From Pseudomonadota bacterium (GTDB lineage Bacteria; Pseudomonadota; Alphaproteobacteria; Rhizobiales; Devosiaceae): a stretch of DNA of 64,000 nucleotides. A program made the translations under genes and the position numbers. Where the stretch lies: assembly GCA_023393475.1 (NCBI GenBank), contig JAEWLC010000072.1, positions 31,586-95,585 on the forward strand, written 5' to 3'. The notes beneath the pieces were generated by a model that searched no databases, was not told the origin of the DNA, and worked only from the letters and a program-made list of their open reading frames with translations. This document shows positions 1 through 10,725 of this stretch, piece after piece (the first letter of the stretch is position 1; the number at the start of each line of letters is the position of its first letter).

Positions 1-1932
1 GCCGCGGGCCCGCCGTCAGGCACTCCGGCGAGCGCGGCACTCGGTGTCGCGAGCGACCTCCTCGGCAACTACGAATATGGCGTGCTGCGGCGGGAACTGG
101 TGAATACCGGCCTTGCGGTCAATGCCAGCGCGGACTGGGACCCGGGGCGGCTCGGCGGACGGTTCCTGATCTCGGCGACGGCGGCTCCCGGTGTAACGGC
201 CGAGGCGCTCGAGGCGGCGTTGCGCAAGGCCGTCTCGGGTTTCGTGGCCTCGACGCTCGACGCAACGGACGTGGAGCGGACACGGCAGACCTTGCGCCTC
301 TCCCGACAACTGAGCGCCGAGGCGTTCCTCGATCGCGCCCGGTCGCTGGCGACGCGGTTCGATCTTTATGGTGCGGACTCGCCGGGGCTGGGGGACGACC
401 CGAGGCTGCTGGCCCTGACGGTTGCAGACGTCGAGGCGGCGTCGAAGGAATTGCTGGCCGACGAGGCGCTGAGCGTGCTGTCGGTGGAGCCGGGCGCGCG
501 CAGTGACTATCCGGCCGTGCTGAAGGAGAGTTCGGGCATCGCGACGCCGATCATCGCGGCGCCCCGGCCGGTGGTCGACGTGCCGATGCTCGAAGCCGGC
601 GAGCCGGGGCGGTCCGAACTTCCTCCGATTGAGACGGCAACGCTGTCGAACGGCATCCGGCTGGTGCACTACCAGGCACCGGGATCGCCGCGGATGTATG
701 TCGCGGCTTCAGTGGCCGGCGGCATCGGCAACGACCAGCCGGGTAAAGAGGGGCTGATCGAGCTCATGGCCGACATGGTCGCGCGAGGGGCGGGTGATCG
801 TGGGTTCGAAGCGTTCAGCAAGGCGGCCAAGGACATCGGCGCCGATATATCGGGGCAGGCCAACATGGAGCAGACGGCCGTGGTGCTCAGCGTACCACCG
901 GCCAATCTCGCGGCGGGCGTAGACCTCCTGGCGGACGCGGTGCTTCGACCGAGGTTCGACCCGGCTGAGTGGGCAGCGCTGCAAGCCGAGGTGCAGCAGG
1001 GGCTCGCCTACCGCAAGATGAATCCCGGCAGCCTCGCCTATTCCGCGCTCGAGGAACTGGCCTTCCCGATCCCCGAGGGGCGGGCCGCGCTGGATACGAC
1101 GCCGGCTATCATCGAAGCGCTGGGCATCGAGGATGCCAAGGCGGTGCACCGGAAGCTGTTCACGCCCCACACGATGACGATCTACAGCGTCGGCGCAGTC
1201 GGGCTTGATGCGATAAAGGGCGAACTGGAGCGGGCGTTAGGCGGTTGGAGCAACGACAGCCCTGGCGTGACGCCGGTGCCGCACCCGCCAGCCGTGTTCG
1301 TAGATGGGCTCAAGGTGCATGTGGCCCCCAGCGTCGGCGACAGCCAGGCGATCGTCTTCGTGGCGCGGCCAGCGCCGGCGTTCAACGATCCGGGGCTGAT
1401 CGAGGCGCTGGCGGTGGCGCGGCTGCTGGGTGGCGATTTTACCAGCCGGCTCAACCAGGTGCTGCGGGAGACCCACGGCTACTCCTACGGAGTCAGGGCG
1501 TCGGTGTGGTCGCATATTCCAGCCGGCGGCATGCTCACGGTTTCGTCGGCGGTGCAGGCCGACAAGGTCGGACCGGCGCTCGCCGATATCTTCGCCGGCT
1601 TCGACAGCCTCGCAGAAACGCCGGTGGCGGAAGCGGAACTGGAGCGGACGGTGATGGGCACGGCGTCCGCCACGGCAAGCTCAGTCGAGACATCGGGCGG
1701 CTTGATGGGCCTCGTGATGAGCGCTGCAGGAATGGGGCTGACCGCCGAGGAGCTGAACGGCAAGATGGACGAGATCGTGGCGCTGAAGCTGCCCGCGGTT
1801 CAGGCGTCGGCGGAGTCGCTGGCTTCGCTGGATCGCGCGCTGGTGGTGATCGCGGGCGATCCGGACTCGATCATTCCGCAGCTCGAGGCCATCGGCATCA
1901 CGGACGTGACGGTGATGCCGCCGACCGAGTGA
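1..1932 (+). CDS. M16 family (pitrilysin/PqqL-like) zinc peptidase, C-terminal part; 5'-truncated by the window
   Basis: Frame 1 is open from base 1 to the stop at 1932. Contains 'TLSNGIRLV', 'LLGGDFTSRLNQVLRETHGYSYGVRA' and 'LVVIAGD' motifs typical of M16B C-terminal halves. Confidence 0.85.
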   Translation, partial: AAGPPSGTPASAALGVASDLLGNYEYGVLRRELVNTGLAVNASADWDPGRLGGRFLISATAAPGVTAEALEAALRKAVSGFVASTLDATDVERTRQTLRLSRQLSAEAFLDRARSLATRFDLYGADSPGLGDDPRLLALTVADVEAASKELLADEALSVLSVEPGARSDYPAVLKESSGIATPIIAAPRPVVDVPMLEAGEPGRSELPPIETATLSNGIRLVHYQAPGSPRMYVAASVAGGIGNDQPGKEGLIELMADMVARGAGDRGFEAFSKAAKDIGADISGQANMEQTAVVLSVPPANLAAGVDLLADAVLRPRFDPAEWAALQAEVQQGLAYRKMNPGSLAYSALEELAFPIPEGRAALDTTPAIIEALGIEDAKAVHRKLFTPHTMTIYSVGAVGLDAIKGELERALGGWSNDSPGVTPVPHPPAVFVDGLKVHVAPSVGDSQAIVFVARPAPAFNDPGLIEALAVARLLGGDFTSRLNQVLRETHGYSYGVRASVWSHIPAGGMLTVSSAVQADKVGPALADIFAGFDSLAETPVAEAELERTVMGTASATASSVETSGGLMGLVMSAAGMGLTAEELNGKMDEIVALKLPAVQASAESLASLDRALVVIAGDPDSIIPQLEAIGITDVTVMPPTE

Positions 1933-1943
1933 GCCGCAGGCGA

Positions 1944-2828
1944 CTAGGCGGTCCGTGAGGAGCGGAAGATCATGTCCTTGGCGGCGAGCACGGCGCCGGC
2001 GGTGATCAGCAGGCAGGCGACCAGCAGCAGATGGCTGTACTGGGCGTAGCCGCCCGCAATGAGGATGATGGTGGACAGCAGCGGGGTGGCATAGGACGCG
2101 GCGCCGAGCACCTGGATGTCGCCGCGCTTCACGCCGATGTCCCAGATGTAGAAGGCGAGGCCGACCGGGCCGAGGCCAAGGCCGATGACCGCCGCCCATT
2201 GCCAGGGATTGTCCGGCCAGACGGTCGTCTCGAGCGCCAGGTGGCAGATTGCGGCGAGCACGGCGGTCGCGAGGCAGAAGCCCGCGATGGTGTCGCTGGG
2301 CACGTGGGCGAAGCGGCGCGACAAGACGGAGTAGCTCGACCAGGCGAGGGCGGCGAAAAGGGCGGCGCCATAGCCGACGGCGTATTGCGCATCGAAGCTG
2401 AAGCCCTGGCCACGCGTGACGACGAGCATCGCGCCGACGAGCGCGAGCGCGCATCCGGCAAGATGCTGCCAGCGCAGCCTTTCGCCGGGCAGCAGGGCGG
2501 AGAACACCACGATGAGGACGGGCCAGAGGTAGTTGATCAGGCCGGCCTCGACCGGGGGCGCGTTCCGCAGGGCGAAGAAATAGGCGAAGTGGTAGCTGAA
2601 CAGCCCGCCGACGCCGAGCAGCCAGACGGGCAGCGGCTGCTTCATGGCCTTGATGGCGCCGGGGCGAATGGCGAGCAGCGACAGCCCGCCGATGGCGAAG
2701 GTGATCGCCGTCAACTGAAAGGCCGGCATTGTACCGCTGGCTGCCGTCAGGAACGCCAGCAGCGCCCAGAGCAGGACAGCGCCGAATCCGGTGAGCGTTG
2801 CGGCGGAGCGGGAGAGGGCGTGCGACAT
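1944..2828 (-). CDS. EamA/DMT family inner-membrane transporter (YddG-like)
   Basis: About 10 hydrophobic helices in two repeats, 'APPVEAGLINYLWP' and 'WDIGVKRGDIQVLG' motifs. Start taken at ATG 2828 (MSHALSRS). Confidence 0.85.
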   Translation of the reverse strand: MSHALSRSAATLTGFGAVLLWALLAFLTAASGTMPAFQLTAITFAIGGLSLLAIRPGAIKAMKQPLPVWLLGVGGLFSYHFAYFFALRNAPPVEAGLINYLWPVLIVVFSALLPGERLRWQHLAGCALALVGAMLVVTRGQGFSFDAQYAVGYGAALFAALAWSSYSVLSRRFAHVPSDTIAGFCLATAVLAAICHLALETTVWPDNPWQWAAVIGLGLGPVGLAFYIWDIGVKRGDIQVLGAASYATPLLSTIILIAGGYAQYSHLLLVACLLITAGAVLAAKDMIFRSSRTA

Positions 2829-2910
2829 CCCGGCGCTTCTAGCCGGTTCCGCCCGAGTTGAGAACCGGGTGGGGTTGCGGGGCTCCAAAAGGATGCCTAG
2901 CTTCGTTGCC

Positions 2911-3231
2911 ATGCCATTGACCCCGCTCGATATTGCCGAACTTCGCCAACGCCTGAGCAGCGGCGTGGGGACGATCGAAACCGAGATAATGGGGGAAAAG
3001 GCGCAGTCGCTCGGCCATCACGGCCGGCAGGTCGAGGCGGCGATGGCCGCGCTCAAGGCGCATGCTGGATCTGCGGAGGCGCGCTTGATCCTGGTCAAGG
3101 CGGCGGCGAAAGCGGTGTGGAAGTACTTCGTTCAGCGCGAGGCCTGCGGGATGCGCGATCACCGTGACGCCATCCGGCTTTACGGCATTCCGGGAGAGGT
3201 TCTGGCCCGCCTAGGCGCGATCGAACCGTAA
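2911..3231 (+). CDS. Small conserved alphaproteobacterial hypothetical protein (DUF6665-like)
   Basis: 'EKAQSLG...AAKAVWKYFVQREACGMRDH...YGIPGEVLARLG' pattern. ATG at 2911. Confidence 0.65.
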   Translation: MPLTPLDIAELRQRLSSGVGTIETEIMGEKAQSLGHHGRQVEAAMAALKAHAGSAEARLILVKAAAKAVWKYFVQREACGMRDHRDAIRLYGIPGEVLARLGAIEP

Positions 3232-3364
3232 CGCACCAATACCATACATCATTTGATACTTGCGCGCCGCGTTCATATTCTGGTTGAGATCGATTACATG
3301 CGCGGCACGTGGCGCGCAGCACGCTTTTGTCAGATGCTGAAGTCGTACGCGGCTGGGGTGGCCG

Positions 3365-4654
3365 ATGCTAGGGGATAGGGTCAAAGGGGCGTTCGGCGGG
3401 ACCGAGAGAAATCTCGCGGCGCGTCCGACCGTGCCGGTCGAACCCCCGTTTCACAAGATCGCCGTCGACGTCATCTGGTGCGGCTTCCATATCGACTTCG
3501 CCGCCGTCCGGCCATTCCTGCCGGAGGGCCTGGTTCTTACCCCAACCAGCATCGGAATCCTCGGCATCTACACCGCGCCGAGCGGGCAGGGCATCGCACC
3601 CTATCAGCGCGGCATTGTCGGAGTGTCGGTGGAGGGCGTGCCCGGATCGGATATCGGCGAGGGCATGTACGTGATGGGCAACATCATGGATATGCCGGGC
3701 GGACAGGTGATCCGCGAACTCTATTCCGATGCGGTCGTCGAGGGCACGGCGCGGACCTGGCACGAGGACGGCTTGCTGCACGGCGTCGCCGCGGTCGACG
3801 GAGTGGACTGGCTGCGGGCAACGATTCGGCCGGATCGGGAGATGCGTCGCGATCTGCCGGGCGTGGACAATTTCCTCGGGCGCACCGGGGCTGGGCTGAT
3901 CAAGCATGCCGACTCGACGATCTCGAATCTCGCCGACGCCGAGGTCGTGGCGCTCGATATCACCGACGACGCACCGGACTACATGCGGGCGTTGCGGCCG
4001 AAGGGCTACGTGTTCGGGCTCCACGCGGCGCGGGTCAGCTCGATCTGGAGCGAGCCGCGCGTGGTGGGCCCACGGGCGTCGGACAATGCCGCTTCGGTGT
4101 TCCTGAGCCTGATCGACCAGACCGGACGGGCCGCCGCGGTTGTCCGCGAGGACGGAACGCTCCTGGATGCCAATGTGCGGGCGAGGGCGCTGCTCGGGCT
4201 GGGCGCCGCGGCGCGGGGTGAGCGGCTGCTCAGCAACGTGCCGGCGGAACGGCAGGCCCTTGCGCGCGCCCTTCGCGCAGGCGTCGCCCGCACCGGGGCC
4301 GTGGTATCCGATCCGGTGCTGCTGCAGAGCCCCAATGGCGGGTTCATGCTGGCGCATGTGTTGCCGCTCGAGCATGGCGAGCACGGCAAGGATGCCGCTT
4401 TGGTGCTGCTGGCCGACGTGCATGGCACCGAGCGCCGCGATGCGGTGCAACTGCTTCAACTCTTCGGGCTGACCGTCGCCGAGGCAAAGCTGGCCGCCCT
4501 CGTCGGAACGGGCATGCCGCCCCGGGGCGCCGCGGCGGAGCTCAGTATCTCCGAGCACACGGCGCGTTCGACGCTGAAGACCGTCTACGACAAGCTCGGC
4601 ATCAAGAAGCAGTCGGAACTCGGCCACCTGGTCGCAAGGCTGCAATATTCCTAG
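3365..4654 (+). CDS. Fusion of an acetoacetate-decarboxylase-like domain, a PAS-like domain and a LuxR-type HTH; putative one-component regulator
   Basis: N-terminus 'IDFAAVRPFLPEGL...APYQRGIVGVSV...IRELY' resembles the ADC fold. C-terminus 'FGLTVAEAKLAALV...AAELSISEHTARSTLKTVYDKLGIKKQSEL' is a LuxR HTH. Confidence 0.75.
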   Translation: MLGDRVKGAFGGTERNLAARPTVPVEPPFHKIAVDVIWCGFHIDFAAVRPFLPEGLVLTPTSIGILGIYTAPSGQGIAPYQRGIVGVSVEGVPGSDIGEGMYVMGNIMDMPGGQVIRELYSDAVVEGTARTWHEDGLLHGVAAVDGVDWLRATIRPDREMRRDLPGVDNFLGRTGAGLIKHADSTISNLADAEVVALDITDDAPDYMRALRPKGYVFGLHAARVSSIWSEPRVVGPRASDNAASVFLSLIDQTGRAAAVVREDGTLLDANVRARALLGLGAAARGERLLSNVPAERQALARALRAGVARTGAVVSDPVLLQSPNGGFMLAHVLPLEHGEHGKDAALVLLADVHGTERRDAVQLLQLFGLTVAEAKLAALVGTGMPPRGAAAELSISEHTARSTLKTVYDKLGIKKQSELGHLVARLQYS

Positions 4655-4756
4655 CTGAATTGCGCGTTGAGAAGGGCTGCCCCCCACATTTGCGGGGTGC
4701 GAAACAGGCGCAAGCGGACGCATGGTTGCATGGGGATGCGATCTGGATGACCTGCC

Positions 4757-5029
4757 GTGCTTAAGCTGCTCGAGAAGAAACCCGCCGCCGCCGTATCGGA
4801 GCTTTGCGGGCTTACGGTTGGCGAGGTGATCGCCATGCTCGAGACGTTCGACCCGGCGGCGCCGCTGATGGTTCGCGGCGAGAATGGCGGCCTCGAGGAA
4901 GTGCTCGGATTTCGGGCCACCGGCGTGGCGCTCAACGTCAATTCGGCTGACGGCTTTGGCCCGCATGACCTGCCGGATGCGGGTGCGCGTCCCGACGCAA
5001 CGGCCGTCGTGCTGCGGTCCGCCGGCTAA
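4757..5029 (+). CDS. Small hypothetical protein
   Basis: 90-aa ORF filling the gap between two genes, with 'LTVGEVIAMLETFDPAAPLMV' core. Start uncertain. Confidence 0.5.
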   Translation: MLKLLEKKPAAAVSELCGLTVGEVIAMLETFDPAAPLMVRGENGGLEEVLGFRATGVALNVNSADGFGPHDLPDAGARPDATAVVLRSAG

Positions 5030-5487
5030 TCCAGAGACAGCTTGAAGCCTTCGTGGCTCTTCTTGAAGCCCAGCCGCTCATAGAAACGGTGGGCGTCCAA
5101 CCGCTTCTTGTTCGATGTGAGCTGCACGAGGCCGCAGCCGCGGGCGCGCGCCTGATCTACAGCCCAGCCGATCATCTCGGTGCCGAGGCCGAGATTGCGG
5201 TGGGTGGGGACGATGTGGACGGCTTCGACGAGACAGCGGAACTCGCCGAGGCGGGCGATTCCCGGGATGAAGGTGAGCTGCAGAGTGCCGACAGCCTGGC
5301 CTTCGTATTCGGCGACGACCAGCTTCTGGTTCGGGTCGCTCACGATGGCGTCGAGGGCGGCGAGGTAGCGCGGATGGCTGGGCTGATCGGCCAAGTCGCT
5401 GGTGGTGACGACACTGTCCTCGACGATCAGTCCGACGATGAAACCGAGATCGGCGGCGGTGGCGTCGCGGTAGGTCAGGCGGCTCAC
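5026..5487 (-). CDS. GNAT family N-acetyltransferase
   Basis: 'VHIVPTHRNLGLGTEMI', 'GCGLVQLTSNKKRLDAHRFYERLGF' acetyl-CoA-binding motifs. Confidence 0.9.
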   Translation of the reverse strand: MSRLTYRDATAADLGFIVGLIVEDSVVTTSDLADQPSHPRYLAALDAIVSDPNQKLVVAEYEGQAVGTLQLTFIPGIARLGEFRCLVEAVHIVPTHRNLGLGTEMIGWAVDQARARGCGLVQLTSNKKRLDAHRFYERLGFKKSHEGFKLSLD

Positions 5488-5837
5488 TCTATCAGGTCCT
5501 CGAAGCCCTCGATGTGCAGGTGCCGAGTACTGGAAATGATCGAGTCGAGGAAGCCCGGGAAGCGGGCGTCGAGGTCGTCCCTTCGCAGCGTGACGATGCG
5601 GCGCGTGCCCTCGGGCACGACGTTGACGATGCCGGCTTCGCGCAGCTTCGAGACGTGGTAGCTGATCGCGGTCTTGCTCGCGAGGTCGGTGAACTGCCCG
5701 CAGGTCATGCCCGACGGGGCGCAGCGCGAGAGATGTCCGACGATGGCGAGCCGCGTTTCGTCGCCGAGGGCGGCGAGGACGCCCGGCAGCGAGATCTGGT
5801 CTGCATCCGGATGCGGGAGTGGGGACTGGGTCTGCAT
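5484..5837 (-). CDS. ArsR/SmtB family transcriptional regulator
   Basis: 'LAALGDETRLAIV...SKTAISYHVSKLREAGIV...LRRDDLDARFPG' winged HTH. Overlaps the GNAT start by 4 bp. Confidence 0.9.
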   Translation of the reverse strand: MQTQSPLPHPDADQISLPGVLAALGDETRLAIVGHLSRCAPSGMTCGQFTDLASKTAISYHVSKLREAGIVNVVPEGTRRIVTLRRDDLDARFPGFLDSIISSTRHLHIEGFEDLIE

Positions 5838-5866
5838 GCCCAGGATTTAGGCGATATCTGCCTAAA

Positions 5867-5936
5867 GTTCAATGAACGTTGAACAAGGGGTTGACGCGGC
5901 CGATTCCGAAGTCCATTTGTTCAACAACCATTGAAC
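5867..5936. promoter_or_regulatory. Two perfect GTTCAA-N6-TTGAAC inverted repeats flanking a TTGACG -35-like hexamer; putative ArsR operators
   Basis: GTTCAATGAACGTTGAAC at 5867-5884 and GTTCAACAACCATTGAAC at 5919-5936; TTGACG at 5891. Located between the divergent arsR-like and MFS genes. Confidence 0.7.
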
Positions 5937-5951
5937 TAAGGAGAAACCGCG

Positions 5952-7127
5952 ATGGATCTGCGGTTGGTTTGGCTCGCCCTTGGCACATTCGCCATCGGCG
6001 TCGAGGGGTTCGTCATCGCCACGCTTCTTCCGGCCATTGCGGCCGATAGCGGCGTGCCGATCACTCAGGCAGGATATCTCGTCTTTGCGTATGCCCTTGC
6101 CTATGCGGTCGGCGCGCCGGTGCTGTCCGCAACGACCGGGCGGTTCGACCGCCGGGTGCTCCTCACGGTCACCGCCGTCGTGTTTGCGGGGGGCGCGTTT
6201 CTCGCCGCAGTTTCGCAGGGCTACTGGATGCTGCTGCTGTCGCGACTGCTGATTGCGGCATGTGCTGGGCTGTATGCCGCGAGCGCGCAAGCGGCGGCGG
6301 TGACGCTGGCGCCCATGGAGCGGCGGGCGCGGGCGGTGTCGATCGTCGTCGCCGGGACGACCATGGCGGTGGCCTTTGGCGCGCCGATCGGGGCGTTCAT
6401 CAGCGGGTTCGCGGGCTGGCGGGGCACCTATTTCGCCATCTCCGGCGTGGGCCTCGCAACGGCACTGGCGATCTGGCTGATGCTGCCTGCGGGCATCAAG
6501 GGGGACAGCCGGAGCATCCGCGAGCGCCTGGCGGTGCTGAGCGTGCCGGGCATTGTGCCGGCTCTGTTGACCATCCTGCTCTACATGGCCGGGCCGTTTG
6601 CCGCCTTCATTTATCTCGGGCCGGTGACGACCCAATCGATGGGGCTTTCCGTGGGGCTGCTGCCTTTCGTGATGCTCGCGTACGGCGTCGGCGCGGCGAT
6701 CGGCAACACGATCGGTGGGCAACTGTCGGATCGCATCGGTGCGAACCGGACAGTGGTGCTGGCGATGTCGGCGGGCGTGGGCTTCCTCCTCGTGCTTTCG
6801 GCGATCCCGGTCGTGGTGCCCAAGGAGTTCGTGGGGCCGGTTTTCTTTGCCTTCATGTTCGTGTGGGGCGCCGCCGGCTGGATCTTCCCGCCCGCGCAGG
6901 TGAGCCGGATCGTCGCCCTGTCGCCGAGTGCGGCCCCGCTGGCGCTGTCGCTCAATGCGTCGTTCCTCTACCTCGGTACGGCGCTGGGCGCGGTGGTCGG
7001 CGGCCAAATCATCGAGCATGTCGGGATCGACGAGCTCGGGTTGATTGCGGCGGCGTTCCCGCTGCTGGCGCTGGTGGTGTTCTATGCCACGCGGCCGCGC
7101 CGCGTGCTGCAGCCGCGGCTTGGCTGA
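5952..7127 (+). CDS. MFS transporter (DHA1/arabinose-efflux-like)
   Basis: 12-TM pattern, 'LALGTFAIG', 'GGQLSDRIGA'. GGAG RBS upstream. Confidence 0.9.
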   Translation: MDLRLVWLALGTFAIGVEGFVIATLLPAIAADSGVPITQAGYLVFAYALAYAVGAPVLSATTGRFDRRVLLTVTAVVFAGGAFLAAVSQGYWMLLLSRLLIAACAGLYAASAQAAAVTLAPMERRARAVSIVVAGTTMAVAFGAPIGAFISGFAGWRGTYFAISGVGLATALAIWLMLPAGIKGDSRSIRERLAVLSVPGIVPALLTILLYMAGPFAAFIYLGPVTTQSMGLSVGLLPFVMLAYGVGAAIGNTIGGQLSDRIGANRTVVLAMSAGVGFLLVLSAIPVVVPKEFVGPVFFAFMFVWGAAGWIFPPAQVSRIVALSPSAAPLALSLNASFLYLGTALGAVVGGQIIEHVGIDELGLIAAAFPLLALVVFYATRPRRVLQPRLG

Positions 7128-7189
7128 AAGGCGAGCTTGACCACGGAACAGGACTCTCTCCCTAGTGGCCCAGGGAGAGGGTTTTTCCG

Positions 7190-8347
7190 ATGGACGCGAG
7201 ACTGTTGTGGCTGGCGCTAGGGGCATTTGCCGGTAGCGTCGAGAGTTCTCTCGTTGTCATCGTGATGCCGGACGTAGCGGCGGAAGTCGGGGTCAGCGTC
7301 TCCGAGGCCGGCCTGCTGATCTTCGTCTACTCGCTGGCCTACGGTATCGGCACGCCCTTGTTCGCGACGCTGTTCGGGCATGTCGACCGGCGCACGGTGG
7401 TGGCAGGCGCGGAATTCCTGTTCGGAACCATGGCGGTGCTGTTCGGGCTGTTGCCGGGGTATCTGCTGTTGCTGGGCGCCCGCACCTTCCTCGCGGTCGG
7501 CGCGGGGATGTTCACGTCGACTGCCCAATCGACGGCCGTGGCGCTGGCGGCGCCGGGGAAGCGGGGCAGCGCCATCTCTACGGTGGTGATGGGGGGCTCG
7601 ATCGCCGTGGCGCTGGGCGCACCGCTGGCGGCGCTGGTGGCGAATGTGTTCGGCTGGCGCGTGGCCTATGTGGGGCTGGGCGTGGTGGCAATCATCGCTG
7701 CGGCGACGATGTGGCTGCGGCTGCCCGGCGATATCCACGGTGACAGGCGCACGCTTCGCGAGAGGCTCAGCGTGCTCAAGGTGCCGGGCGTTCCGCTGGT
7801 TCTGCTGGCAGCCGGGCTGGCAGTGATGGGAAGCTTCATCTTCTTCAACTTCCTCGCACCGGTAACGACGCAACTGCTCGGTATCGACCGGGCTTTGATG
7901 CCGGTCGTGATGCTGTGCTTCGGCGTCGGTGCGATCTTCGGCAACCACGCCGGCGGCAGGCTCGCGGACCGATACGGCGGCAAGCAGACGGGCCTGATCA
8001 TGGGCGGCATCATGGTGGTGCTGTTGCTGTCGCTGCCGCTGCTGACGATGTTGCCGGCCCCGGTCGTGGCTCCGGCGTTCTTCGTGTTCATGGCGGCCTA
8101 TGGAGCGATTACGTGGGGTTTCATGCCCCCGCAGTTGCATCGCCTCGCAGCGCTATCAGCGAAATCCGTGCAGCTTTCGGCGGCGCTGAACCTCACCGCG
8201 ATGAACCTCGGCGGCGCGATGTCCGCCGTGGTCGGTGGACTGGTGCTCGAGCATGCGGGCCTCTTCTGGCTCGGTCCGGTCGGCGCGTTCGTATCAGTTA
8301 TGGCGGTGGTTGCCGCCTGGATCGCCCCGGCGGGCAGCGAGCACTAG
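7190..8347 (+). CDS. MFS transporter (DHA1-like), tandem paralogue of 5952-7127
   Basis: 'MDARLLWLALGAFA', 'GGRLADRYGG'. Shares 'GDxRxxRERLxVLxVPG' with the upstream gene. Confidence 0.9.
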   Translation: MDARLLWLALGAFAGSVESSLVVIVMPDVAAEVGVSVSEAGLLIFVYSLAYGIGTPLFATLFGHVDRRTVVAGAEFLFGTMAVLFGLLPGYLLLLGARTFLAVGAGMFTSTAQSTAVALAAPGKRGSAISTVVMGGSIAVALGAPLAALVANVFGWRVAYVGLGVVAIIAAATMWLRLPGDIHGDRRTLRERLSVLKVPGVPLVLLAAGLAVMGSFIFFNFLAPVTTQLLGIDRALMPVVMLCFGVGAIFGNHAGGRLADRYGGKQTGLIMGGIMVVLLLSLPLLTMLPAPVVAPAFFVFMAAYGAITWGFMPPQLHRLAALSAKSVQLSAALNLTAMNLGGAMSAVVGGLVLEHAGLFWLGPVGAFVSVMAVVAAWIAPAGSEH

Positions 8348-9881
8348 ACCCGCTTGCCCTTGGGGCTGAGCGCATAGGCGACGCCGAGGACGATGATCGC
8401 GAGGATTGCCGGCAGCGCGGCGATCCACTGGTTGCCGGCGACGAGGACGGCGGTGCCGGCCCACATGATCGAGCTCAGGGCTTCGGAGATGGTGGCGATG
8501 CGCGAGGCCACCTGGCGGCGGCGGAACATGGCGCGGCGCATGGGGACGCGGAACCAGAGCTGGATGGCCGTGGCCGAGCCCGCCGAAATCGAGACGAAGG
8601 CGGCGGTGATTGCGGCGAGGCTGAGCGAAGCGATGCCGACGCAGACGAGGATGGGCGCGAAGATGACGGCGACCGAGATGGTGACGGCCTCTATCTTGGC
8701 GAGCAGGACCGCGCGGGGATGGATCGGGGCGGTGACGACGAGATCGTGCGCGTCCTCGCCGGAGATGGCGAGCCAGCTCAGGCCGCCCGCGAGCTGGCCG
8801 GCGGCCATGACGATCACCGGGATCACGACGACATAGGTGCCGGCGCTCTGGCCGTAGGAGATCCAGAGGAACAGGGCCGGCGGGAACAGGTAGAGGATCT
8901 GCATCAGCGTCTGGCTGAGCAGCCAGGGGTCGCGACGGAGGAGTTTCCACTCCTTGACGCGCAGGGCATGACGCTGGCTGGTGCGGCGGAACGGGCTGGT
9001 GGAGGCGGTCTGCTGTACGCGGGTGGCGGATACGCCGGCAGCCGCGATGGCGTGCTGGGCAAAGCCCTGCGAGCTGAAGCGGATGACGAGCGCCAGCGCG
9101 CCGAGGCCGATCAGCAGCACCAGCAGCATGTCACCGAGATCGCCCATGGCGGCGCGGGCCGGGAGCCAGAGGAGGCTGTCGATGGCGGGGGCGGCGGCGA
9201 CGAACTCGGGCGACTGCATGACCGCATAGCGGTTCATGTTGCCGAAGCTGAGGATGGCGAGTGCCTGGATACCGATGACGAAACCGGCGCCGACGATGCC
9301 GGCGATGATCTGCGCCACGAGGCGGGTACGAGCGGGCCCGATGGTGCGGAAGAGGCCGATGGTGACCAGCACGGAGAGGGCCGCGGCAAGCGCGCCGAAC
9401 CCGGCGAGGACTCCATAGGCCGCCAGCCACTGTGGGCCCTCGTGGGCGACGAGAGTGTTGATGATCGGGCTCGCCAGCAGGCAGGCGAGGAGGACAGTCG
9501 CGAAGGCCGTTGCGCTGGTGCGGACGGTGAAGACGCTGGCCGAGGACGCGGGGCTGCTGAGGATCAGGTCGAGGTCGGAGCGCGAATAATAGGCGCGGGT
9601 GATCGACTCGAGTGCCTGGCTCAGCATCACAGTCCAGAACAGGAAGCCGGTGCCGGTGACCGTCACCAGCGTTACCTTGTCGGGGACGATACCGTCGGCA
9701 ATCCACGGCGCCATCAGCGCGCCGGCGAGCAGGTGGAGGCCGAGGTAGAACAGGGCCAGCACGCTGAACAGCACAATGCCGCGGACCTTCTTTCCGGCGG
9801 TCATCATGGCGAGCCAGTCGCGCCAGGCGAGGCGGAACTCGTGGGCGGCGAACCAGGGCAGGGTGGCGGGCGCGAGGCTCA

Positions 9882-9882
<1 letters not shown>
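8344..9882 (-). CDS. ABC transporter permease (export type)
   Basis: Multi-TM 512-aa protein, 'YSRSDLDLILSSP', 'KEWKLLRRDP'. Coupled to the ATPase gene. Confidence 0.8.
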
Positions 9883-10649
<767 letters not shown>

Positions 10650-10725
10650 CGCGGCCCCCACCGGTTTGGCGGCAGACTAGCGGGCAGCGATTGAGGCGGC
10701 CTGAACGCGGCCGGTAAACAAAATC

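Noticed and set aside
640..800. M16 peptidase half lacking HxxEH
   Set aside because: Normal for the inactive C-terminal half of M16B proteins. The catalytic half would lie before the window.
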